A DNA stretch of 38,649 bases, filler included, from Desulfobacterales bacterium (GTDB lineage Bacteria > Desulfobacterota > Desulfobacteria > Desulfobacterales > UBA2245), in the NCBI GenBank assembly GCA_040771865.1. It is 4 parts of 4 records of this genome, joined end to end, with 100 filler letters (N's around TTAATTAATTAA, not from the genome) between each part and the next. Parts side by side here need not be neighbours in the genome. Positions count along the whole stretch, not along the records: positions 16,342 to 37,062 come from JAXGZF010000008.1; 3 more parts are not named here. One strand, given 5' to 3'. Of the stretch, positions 16,344 through 28,300 are shown one piece after another. The first letter of the stretch is position 1; every line of letters starts with the position of its first letter. Below the pieces are notes generated by a model that made no database searches, was not told the DNA's origin, and was given only the letters and a program-made list of their open reading frames with translations. A program made the position numbers and the translations under genes.

Positions 16344-19300
16344 ATAAGTGGAGTCGTAAATGAGCGTGCGATACACCACTGCCTGGCCCGCGGTTAAGCC
16401 GTGGCTTCCGAGTGTAATCGTATCCGTGTCGCTGTCGATCTTTTGAGAGGGATCGAAGAGGAGGGTGCCGGAAGAAGTTTCAAATCCATGCTGAGCCCCC
16501 GTGGCCGTGCCGTTGTCGATATCGAGGGCATCGCCGCCCGGTGTGGCCGAAAGCTTGATATTATAGGCATCGACCCAAATGACGTAATAGGTGACACCAT
16601 CCTCGAGTCCATCAACCGGGTTATGGGGCTGAGTCATACGGTACGTCCAGTAGGTCCGGTATTCCGTCTCCCTCGTCAGCTCAAAGGAATCGATGAGGTT
16701 CAGAATTTTGTTTTCCGCTGCGGTGCCGGTCAGGCCAAGGTCGTGCCAGACGCCGCTGCGCAGCTCCTCCACCGTCCGCTCATCGACTTCTGCTTTCTGG
16801 TTGACATCGAGGAGCGTACCATTCAGCACGCCGATTCCCACGTCACCGTTCGCCACAACCTGTTTCAAACGCAGATCATCCGTCTGCTCGTCAAAGTAGA
16901 CCGCACCACCGGCTGTGACGGAGACATAATCCTTGAGTTCGGTCCCCGAATCCAGTTGTATCGGGTTAGCGCTGGTTCCGACGGCTCCGGAGGCGTTCAG
17001 GACAACCGTCCCTCCCTTGATCATTCCATCGTAGAAGTCCCCGTTTGAATCTTTTCCTGCCTGAATTGCCCCGGGGACATCCAGGGTCACATCACCTCTC
17101 GAATTTGCGGAAATCTCATCAACGGGAAGCAATCCGACTATTTCAGAGATGTTGATGTCGCCATCGGCTGTGGTCGCTTTGAGGCTGGTGTTATGCGTAA
17201 CAAGTTGCCATGCCGCACTGGTATAATCTTCAGTTCCCAGGTTAAGGCTGGCAGGGGTATTGCTGATATACTCGTAGACAGCACCGGGTGTGCCCTTCGT
17301 GGAGTCATAATTCGAGGCAAGTTTTACACGATCGCCCTTCGCGATAGTTACATTGGCAGGCGGCGTGTAACTTCCGTTCTCGGGCAGCGTGAACGTAGCA
17401 CCCTCCGTGCCGGTACTTCCCGTCGTGTACTGATATACAGGATCATCTGAAACATTAGTTCTGAGCACTTTATCTTCGCCGATGCCGTCCGCGGCTGAGA
17501 GCACGATCCGCTTGCCGTTTACGTAGGCGAGTTCACCGTCCTGTATAATGGATCCGTTGACGGAAGTCAGCGTTGTCGTCCCGGAGGGGTTCAGCACGGG
17601 ACCCTTTACGATAATGTCCTGGTTGGACGTGACGGACAAATTGCCCTCCTTGCCCCCCAGGAAGGTAATGAGCACGGGCTGGTCGGCTTCCACGGAATGG
17701 GTGAAGATGTCCCGAACGCCCGTTTCCGTCTTCCACTTCTGATAATAGGTAGTTTCGCCGTACCAGGTGGTTTCTTTCCATTCGGAGACGAATTGCTTTT
17801 CCGAGGTGCTGAGGACCTTATGATCAGTCGCAGAACTGTAATCGTATCGATACTGGGTGGTATCGCTTGTATCCTTATAGTAATAGGGGCCGCTGTCCAT
17901 GAGGGTCGGCTGCTGCGTTACCTCGCTTTCCGTCCACGCTATGTCATCGGGATCGAGGGCCAGGGCGTCGATCCCCAGCCAGGCGCTCGTCGCATAGATT
18001 TCGTAGAGGCGTGTCGTTGCCTCCACCCCAACGGACCACCCGTAACGCCATCCGGATGTGGTGTAATAGGTGTCCGTGCTTCCGGAGATGTATTGGATAT
18101 CAGCGTCGTTCACCCCGTCGTTGTCGTCAATTGTCCGGACGAATCCATCGCCGGATGCCCGGTAAATGGTTGCTGTAAAGTCGGAGCCGGGGCTGTCTAT
18201 CGCCTTGTCCTTGATGATCAGCGTGCCGGCGCCGCGCTGGGACGCATCGAGCCGGTTCAGAACGATATCATACGGGGTGGTATTCGTGATGTTTATGTTC
18301 GCATACCCGCCGAGAAGCCGTATCTCCCCATAGCCCGTGTTCAGGATATGGCCGGTCAGGTCGATATACCCCCCGCTCACCTTCATCTCTTCCACGATGA
18401 TCTGATCGGTTACCGGGTCGAAGCGGATGATGAAATCCGCATACTTTTCAAGTGAAGGCGAAAGCGTGACCTCGCTTGTTATGGATGGGTCGATAGCGGC
18501 GATTTCCCTGGTTATCGATTCGTCAAGTAACAGATCGTAGTCCGCCCTGCCGCTCTGCATAATTCCGTTGAGGTTGATGTACTCGGCATTGATGAAAATC
18601 TTGTCCGCGTAAATATTCGGTTCGGACTTTTCAGCCGTCAGCAGGTTATGAACCGCTGTAGCGTCTGCGGCGGATACGTACGGGTAGGTCCCGGGCGCAG
18701 CCGTTTCACCATCAGGATAATAAAGTCCTCTGGTGAGTCCGGATAACTGAGAGTAAGGCTCGCCGCCCAGTTCATACTTGGTTACGCCGTCGATATAAAC
18801 GGTCCCGCCGGCTATGACCGTAAGGTTCTTGGCACTGACGGAAGCGGTAATATTGATGTCGCCTTCTCCGGCCGAATAGGCACTCAGAAGTACATTCCCG
18901 CCGAGGTTTTCAATATCGCCGGCAATCGTAATGTCGGGCCAGGGATATTGATAGCCACCGACCGTGACATCAGTTAATGTGTTTTGCACAGTGATGGTCG
19001 GCTCGCTGACCGCAGCCTCCGGTATGGCGGTGAAAACTATATCCGACAGCAGGCCGGTTTCAGAACTATCCCAATGGCTGCATGTTTCCCCTAATGGCGG
19101 CGTCAAGTTGTCCGAATCAATATTCGCCTTAACGATTTCCTGGATTGATGTTTTTCCCTCGACGGGGAGATTGCTGGTCACCTCGGCCCCCTGGAAATAC
19201 AGGCCGCCGTTGTTCTCCGGGATCTCTATCCCAAGTATTTTCAGGAATGCCGGAGTTGCATTGGTGATGGTCACGCCCGCGTCGCTTGGGGCGATGAACT

Positions 19301-22300
19301 GACCCGAACCGACCAGCGCATCGGCCCGCACGTCTATGCTGCCCGCTTCGGCATAAATGGGGTCCACCACGACGGTCATGACATATTGTTCGGCGCTGAT
19401 CGGGTTGCTAAGATTGGCGAGCGTAAAATTAACATTCGTGCCGTCTTTTGTGAAGTAATGGTTGGTTCCCGCGCCCAAGGGGCTGAGCATGATTGGATGA
19501 CCACCTGCCGATGCCGAGAGCGAGAAGGTATCGGATTCATCTACACCAGTAGTCGACGGGTTATCCGCCTGGGCAATAACATAATAGGTAGCGCCGTCAG
19601 TCAGGCCTCCGATAGGTGCCCCTCCAGAACTATGGTAGACAACCGCATTTTCATTGCCGAACCCGTGATTGTCTATGGTAAAGCTGCCATACGTAAGAAG
19701 CCCTTCGGACGCCAGAAGCGCTTCAAGCCGTGCAACCTCCTGACTGTAATAGGCCGCGAGGCTGGCATTCGAGTTCTGATAAAGCGAAAGCTGGTATTTG
19801 GCGTTATTCAACTCTTCTACCAGGTCGGATTCCAGCTTTTCCTGCGTCACAGTAAAAGTGATTCCTTCGGTGGCGTTATACCCGGTTATTTCGCCCGTAG
19901 CCGGGTCCCAGCCGGTGAGTTCAAGGGACTTTTGCCGGTTCAGGCCCGTTTCGGCGATGCCGTCCATCTGAACGATCGCATGGGCTTCCGAGTTGAGTTC
20001 CCCTTCGAGCATGAATTCGGCCGCCGCCCCGTTGATGGCATCCTGCAGCGAGCTTACCCAGTTGACTGCCTTGGCCTGCGCCCACATATCGGCTGACCCG
20101 ACCCGCTCCGCATGCAGCTTGATGCTGCGTTCCGTGAGCAGGTGCGCGTTCGATTCCACGTTGATAGTATTGTGCTGGATCAGGTAAGCCCTGGCATCGA
20201 CATCGTCGATGGGGATAGCGCTGCCCGCAAAACTGTCGTGCCGCACCTCCATTTCGTAGAAGTCCGGATGGAATTCCGTGTCTGTCCCGGCGGAAATCAG
20301 AATATTGCCGGCCGCCGTGAGATTGGCGGAGCTCCCGACAATGACCTGATTATCCGGCCGTACAATTCCCTCGGATGTGCCGGTGATCACGGTGCCAAGG
20401 CCATAGGCTTCGGCATCGACCAGGCTTGTCACCTGCCCATTGCCTCGGGCTGAAATATTCATATCGCCCAGGCTTGTCAGGTCGGCGTCGCCGATATCTA
20501 CCTTGGCCAGGTCGGTTTCGGCCTTAATGGAGGAATCGGCACCCAGGCCGGAAAGGCCGCCGGCCGCGAAAAGAACGACCTTTTCTTCGGCGTTTATTTC
20601 GTTGAGGGCGCTGATGTTGAAGTCGCCCGGATCGGAACGGTCGCCCGTCAATTCGAGGGATGCGCCGTCTTCAATGGTGACGAGCGTTGTCAGGCTGATG
20701 ATCGTGTCGCTGTCCGCTCCGGCTCCTGCCACCAGTCCGCCCGCTTCCCCACGGATATTCCCGTCGGCAAGCATCGTTTTTTCAACATGGTTGGCCGCCT
20801 CGATGCCCAGATATCTTGCCAGAACGTCCACGTTGCTTCCGATTTTCGCCTCGACGGACGACGTAACCGTATTGTCAATTTCAGCTCCCGCACCCCCGAA
20901 GAGTCCGCCAGCCAAGCTGTACACGCTGCTGTTGGGTTTCGCCGTGTGTTCGGCTGAAATTTCGAAAGACCCGGCGCCGCTGGCCACTCCTATAGCTTGC
21001 CAGTTATTGGCGTCATAGTAATTCTCAGTTTGCAAATTGATGGTGGCGGACGTCCCGCGAATGACCCCAAGGTCCTCCCATCGCTCAGTGTTGGCGTAAT
21101 TTTCCGATTTCAGGTCTAACTGGCTCGGAGTCAATCCAATATATTTGTAGCGGTGGCCTGTTATACCGGTCCCAGTATGTCCGCTGAGAACATCGACAGT
21201 CTTCCCCGAGCTCAACCAGTATGGTGTAGTGTAGGTCGACGTGAAATCCGCCGCCTTGCCGATGTATTGATAACGGACGCCCGCGTCCCCATTCATGGCA
21301 GATCCCGGAATAACATCTACTGTCTGGCCGGCGTTGACCACCTTTGACCCGGCAAGTGTATCGAACGTTGCGTCATCGTCGTTACTCAGGAAAGGCAGTG
21401 TGGGATAAGTGCCCGCCAGATCAATGTAGCTTCCTGCGCCTATGTAAGAACTGGTCGTACTGGTCGTTATGGTTTCAGCGGTTGCCGCCGCAACCCCGAT
21501 CGCACCTACGCTACCCGCCGTGGTATCCGCAAAGTTTTCATCGGTTCCGGTTGCCCCTATCCTGAGGCTGTAGCCGGTCATGTTAACGTTATCTCCAAGA
21601 TAGGCAGAGGTAGCGACATTGGAAGACGCCTTGGCGGTGCTCACGCCCGTTGCAACCAAGCCTCCCGTATTGCTGTTAGCGTCTGCCCTCTGCCGGGTAT
21701 TCGCCGTTGCAGCGACAAGTGTCGCCCCTCCGATGATGAGCGTCGATGCCTCATCCACATAACTGGTTACCATAGCATCATCGGTCTCTGCCGTTGCGAT
21801 GGTCGCATCGATGCCGATCAAACCGCCCGCCGAGCCGGTGGCCTCCGCTTCGGCCGAGTAGCCCGAAGATGGATTCAAAAGGAACGCCTGAATCGACAGG
21901 CTGTCGGCGGTGATCGCCCCTTTGGCCTTTGCCGTAACAGTGGGCATGACTGTCGCCGTGGCCTTGGAAACCCCAACAGCCAGCGTTCCGGCATTGACCC
22001 CTTCAGCTAAAATATCTGTTTTGGGTACCGCTGTCGCTGAAATCGAAACATCCCCGGCATGGACAGTCGGCACGTCAAGATAGGCGTCGACAATGGACGT
22101 GATCGTCGAGTCGGCAACGGAACCACCGGTGGAGATTGAAATGATGCTTCCCGATGCCGTGGATGCGGTGAGGACATCCGCCGTGGAGGTCGAATTGTCC
22201 CGGGCGGTGACGGTCAGGTTTCCGTATACGTCGACGCTGCCGCCTGAGACATATGCTTTGGTCGTGTTGTCGATGGAGTTGGTCGCCTCTGCGCCGCCGC

Positions 22301-25300
22301 CGCTAACCGCGTACCCGAAAATGCTGGCGCTGACCGCAGCCGAAGCGGCTGAGGATTGGGCGGTGATGGTCGCGTCCTCAAGCGCATCTACAGTGAGGCT
22401 GTCAGCGGTAACCGTCGATCCGCTCACGTAAGCCTGCACGTTGTTGGCGATCGTATTGGAGGCCACAGAAACCCCGATGCTGACCGAGGCGCCGATATAG
22501 CCCACCGACCCGGCTACAGAAGCCGCCCCGACAATTGCGTTGATGGTGGAGGTGTCATGAGCCGTCAGGGAGACGTCGCCAGCCCTGGCGCCTGAGGTCT
22601 GCGGTCCGGTAATGGTTGAATTGTACACATAGGCTTCCACGTCTGTTGAAACCATGTTCGTCACGGAAGCACCGGCGCCGCTGACCGAAACGGCGACCAC
22701 ACCGCCCGTGAAAGCCACCGAACCGGCAAACACTTCCGCATCCACCGTTGCATCGGACGTGGCCGCAAGGGCTATGTCGCCCAGCGCCTTGATCGTCGAA
22801 GAATTCGTCACATACGCCTGCACCTCGGCGGCGTCTTTTACTCCCCAGATATCGTAGCCGATGAAATTCCGGGCCACCGAAATACCGAGGGACGCTCCGA
22901 CGGCGACACCACCGACGGATGCGGCGGCTGAAGCGGTCAGCACGGCGGCGTCGATCTTCGCGGTGTTGTCCGCGGTGACGGCCACGTCGCCTTCGCTGAC
23001 AAGGGTGCTCGAATCGACATAGGCGTTCGTATCCGTGAGAATGACGTTGGTCGCGCCCGCACCGGCCGCGCTGACGGAAACCGTCACGAGCCCGCCGGAC
23101 ACGGCCAGCGAGGCCGCAGCCGAAATTGCATCGATGGTGGCCGCCTCAACGGCCGTTACCTGGATGGTGTTAACAACTTTCCAGAGATCCGTGTCAGTGT
23201 AATCCTCATCATACAGATTCACCTGATCCAATCGATTCTCACCCACATACTCGTAGATGATATCCTCGTAAGTCCATACACGGTCGCCTTTGATCAGTTC
23301 ATCCGGAGAATTCCAGATCGTATAATCATACCTGCTGAATTCTACCCAATTATGAGCCTCATCGTAAGTTTGACCTGATAAAATTACTGATCCGGATAAA
23401 TCATCACCTACATACTCGTAGACGGTCCCGTAGACATAAACCCGGTCTCCGGTTGACAACCCATCGGCGGTATCCTGAATTGTGTACTCGTAGTCCCTTG
23501 TCGTTACGTCCGCATCGGCAATATAGGAAGCCACATCATTGCTGATCTCGTTGTAGGCCCCGGCGATGCCAATGGAGACGGCCACACCCACACCGCCCAC
23601 CGCCCCGGCCAGGCTCGCTGCGCCGGTGACCGCCGACACCGTCGAGGAGTCATCAGCCAGCAGAGAAACACCGCCGGCTTCAATGACGGTTTGACGGGTT
23701 CCAAGTGTTGCATCCTCATCGATGAAGGCCTGGACATCGGTGGTGATCATATTGACGGCCCCGGCCCCGGCACCGCTGACGCCCACCCCGACGCCGCCGA
23801 CGGAGATGGCCGCCGATCCGGCCACGACCAGGGCGTCGATGGTTTGGTTGGAAATGGCCGTCTGGGTCAGGTTGCCGACGGCATCCACGCTGGAGTTGAC
23901 GATGTAAGCCCGGACCTCGGCCGGATTGTCATCATTCAAATTGACCTGTTCCCAGAGATCCGTGTTGCCGTAGTCCTGGGTTCTCAGGTCAACGGTCGTT
24001 TCATCATCTTCTTCGGGAACCAGGTTTTCGGAACCGATATATTTATAGATATAGCCCTTTTTGACGCCTTCCAGAATCTTGACGGTCTGACCAGTGGAGA
24101 GGCTGGCCGGTTCCGACGCTGTTGTGTAAGTCGAGGCGGTGTCCACCAGATCCCACCCGATCAGGTTGGTGGCAAAGGAAACCCCGACCGAAACCCCGAC
24201 GCCGACTCCGCCGGCGGCAAGTGCAGCCGATGCGGCGATGACCGTGGCCCCGATGGTGGGCGTGGTCACCTCGAATGTGGTGTCATTGATCTTGGTCAGC
24301 GTATAGGTGTACCCGGTTGCACGGTCTGTAACCGACCATTCCTCGCCTTCGGTTCGAATAGTGACCGCCAGATCCCCGGAATTGGCGATGCCGTTAGTCG
24401 CCAGGGTAGTGGAAAGGAACGCCAGGAAAGCGTTATCGGCAGTAATGTCGACAGCGTTCTCGTCCGTTCCAGTATCTTCGTCGTCCGGATCCGTGGAACC
24501 GGCATCGTCCAGCTTCCCGGCAAAATCAGAGGCCGTAGTCAATGTAACCGCCGGTCCGCCTGCCGGCAGGCTCTCGGCCGTAAGATCCACATCGCCCGCG
24601 CTGATAATCTCGGCGTCCTGGATGTAGGCGTTCGTCCGGGTGAGGATGACGTTGCTTGCCTCGGCCCCGGCCCCGCTGACGGACACACTCACCCCTGCAC
24701 CGGAAAAGGAAACCGATGCCGCCGCGGAAACCGCATTGATCAGGGACTGTTCGACGGCATGCAGTTCGATGTCGCCGATGGTGGACTCGACCGTTCCGCC
24801 GAGGATGTATGCCGCCACGTCGTTGTCGATCATGTTGTGGGAAAAGGCCACGCCGATGGACACGGCCACGCCCACGCCGCCGAAGGCCGCCGCCACCGAG
24901 GCTGAACCGGCAAAGGCCATGATCTGCGAGGTGTCGTCCGCAGTCAGAGATACGCTGCCGGCCTCGATGGTCTTATTTGCGTTATCAATGAACGCCTGGA
25001 TGTCCGCGCTGATCTCATTGACGGCAACGACGCCCGTCCCGCTGACGCCCACCCCGACGCCGCCGGCAGCAAAAGCCACCGATCCGGCCATCACGGCCGC
25101 CCTGATGGTTTCTTCCGCTGTGGCCGTCAGGTCAAGCGCGCCGTCGGCGGTAATATCGGAATTCTTCACATAGGCCTGAACGCCTGCGGCATCCGTCGCG
25201 GATTTCGCCTCGATGATGTTGACCGCCACCGCTCCGCCGATGGAGACACCCACGCCGACGGCGCCCCCGGCGATGGAGGCCGTCGTGGCCGCCACAATCG

Positions 25301-28300
25301 CGTTGATGGTGGAGGTGTTTTCGGCGTCGATCGTCACCGCTCCGGCGCTGTCGAGGGCACTGTTCAACACGTAGGCTTCGGTGCTGCTGAATATGAGGTT
25401 GGTCGCCCCGGCGCCCGCGCCGCTGACCGCCACACCCACACCGCCGATGGCCGCGGAAAGGGATGCCGCCGCCGTAATGGAGTTGATGGTGGCCGCCTCG
25501 ATGGCCTCGATGGTAATCGCGCCGCTGAGGGTCTCCACGCCGTCATCGGCATTGTAAATGTAGGCCGCCACATCGCTGTCGATCTCGTTGACCGCCCCTG
25601 CAACGCCGATGGACACGGCCACGCCCACGCCGCCGAAAGCCGCGCCCAGGCTTGCGGCGCCGGTTACGGCGGAAATTCTGGAAGTATCTTCCGCCCGCAG
25701 CGTAATGCTGTCGGCCCTTACTCCCGGCTCATCTACGTCAATTGCGACATCCCCATCGATATAGGCCTTGACATCGGTGGAAATCGCGTTTACCGCACCG
25801 GCGCCGGCTCCGCTGACACTCACCGCCACGCCGCCGCCCGAGACGGCGGCCGATCCGGCCACCACCAGCGCGTCGATAGACTGATCCGAAACGGCCGTCT
25901 GGGTCAGGTCGCCGACGGCATCGACGCTGGAATTGGAAATGTAGGCCTGGACCTCTACCGCGTTCTCTTCACGATTGACCTGCTTCCAGAGATCCGTGTT
26001 GCCGAAGTCCTGCAGGGCGAAGGCACTGCTGCCGACGGATTCCCATAGGTTTGTGTTTGTATAATTCTGTTGACTCAGGTCACCTGACAAGGGAGTATCT
26101 CCCTTATACCGGTAAATCGACTTCTCAGCGCCCTTGGCACTGTCATAACCCGAGTTCACCTTGACGAGTTGGTCTTTATTGACGGTCTGGTTGCCGTCTG
26201 CTGTAGTGTAATCATAAACAGCAGTTGTCGGCCCGATATACTCGTAAACGTATCCTTCCTTGACGCCGTCCAGAACCTTGACCGTATCGCCGTTTTCAAG
26301 GCTCATGCCGAGTTCGTCCGCCGTGGTGTAGTCCGCGGCAGCATCGAAATCAATGCTCCAGCCGATCAGGTTGGTGGCAAAGGAAATGCCGATGGAAACA
26401 CCCACACCTGTGCCGCCGCCGGCAATGGCGGCCGATGCGGAGATGACCGTCGCTCCGATCGAGGACATGGAGACGCTGAATGTGGTCTCGCCTGTCCGGG
26501 TCAGCGTATAGGTGTAACCGGTGACGCGATCCGTGACTGACCACTGCTCGCCTTCTTCGCGGAGAGTGACTGCCAGTCTATCTCCATCGACTGTACCTTC
26601 GATAGGCAAAAGAGGTGCTAACGTGTCTTTCAGGAAACCCTGATCAGCGAGAATATCAACGTCCCTTTCATTTGTTTTATCCGCATCATCGGCTGGATCG
26701 TCAGGGTCATCATCAGGATTGTTTGGATCATCGGTTATATCCACATCGGTAGATGAGGCATCGTCAAGCAAGGCGGCAAGCGCGTCGGCTTCCGCCTTAG
26801 TCGATTTTACTATATCCGTCAGCGTCGGCGCCGCCGACAAACTCTGGGCGTCGACAACGACATCCGCTGCGCTGACAAGGTCGCTGTCCGCCACAAAAGC
26901 GTTGGTCTTGGTCAGCACAATGTTGCTGGCTTCTGCTCCGGCGCCGGCCACGGACACACCGACTCCGCCGATCGCAACGGCAAGGGATGCCGCCGCTGAT
27001 ACCGAGTTGATCAGGGTGTTTTCCCAGGCATGCAATTCGATGTTGCCGACCGTGGAGGTGATCGTGCTGACCGTCTCACTCTCGTTGTCAATGTAAGCCG
27101 CAACGTTGTTGTCGATCATGTTGTGGGCGATGGCCGCGCCGATGGACACGGCTACCCCCGTGCCGCCGAACCCGCCGGTGATGGCAGCCGCTCCGCCGTA
27201 AGCCATGATCCTGGAAGTGTCGTCGGCAGTCAGGACCACGCTGTCACCCGAAACGGTGGAGGACGTAATAAACGCATTGACATCGGTGGCCATCATGTTA
27301 ACGGCGACTACCCCGGAACCGCCCACGCCAACTCCCACGCCTCCGGCCGCGATGGCCACGGCGCCGGCAATGATTCTGGAGGTGATCGTCTCGTCGGCTT
27401 CGGCGGTCAGCTCAACATCGCCGGCGGCCGTAATATCCGAATCCTTTACATAGGCCAGGACCTGCGCATGGCCCAGGAGCAGGTCGTACCCGATCGTATT
27501 CACGGCAACCGAAGCGCCGATGGCTACCCCGACACCGGTGCCGCCGCCGGCGACTGCTGCGGCGACAGCGGCCACGGTGGCATCGATGGTGGATGTATCA
27601 CTGGCGCTGATGATCACGTCGCCTGCCGTCTCATCCGTCAGGGTGGTGGTGGTTGTAAGGTCACTGCTGTCGATGTAGGCGTTGGTCCTGTTCGTAATCG
27701 TGTTGACCGCTATCGCGCCCGCGCCGCTCACCGCTACGCCGGTGCTGCCGAAGGCCGCGGAAAGGGATGCCGCCGAGGTGATGCTGAATATTTCGGCGCT
27801 CTCCCCGGCCGTAATCGACACGGCGCCCAAATCGGTGCTCACGTCGTCGGCATTGGCCATATAGGCGGTTATGTCGTTTCCGATGTCGTTGTAGGCGACG
27901 GCAATGCCGATTGCCACCGCAACTCCGGTGCCGCCGAACCCGGCTGCCAGGCTCGCGGCGCCGGTAAAGGCATGAATCGAGGAGGTGTCATCCGCAAAAA
28001 GGGTCAAAGAATCGGCATGGATACCCGATGTGCCGTCACCGTCGATATACGCCTGGACATCGGCTGCTATCAAGTTCATAGCGCCAGCGCCCGCTCCGCT
28101 CACGGACACGCCGGTGCTGCCGCCCGAGACCGCCACGGAGCCGGCGAAAACGGCCGCGTCGATGGTCTGCCCGGAGACGGCTTCGATGGCGATGTCGCCG
28201 TCAGCCTGGATGCTCGAACCGGACGCGTAAGCCTCGACCACGTTGGGTGATTCCTTGAGGTTGACCTGTTTCCACAGATCCGAATTGCCGTAATCCTGGG

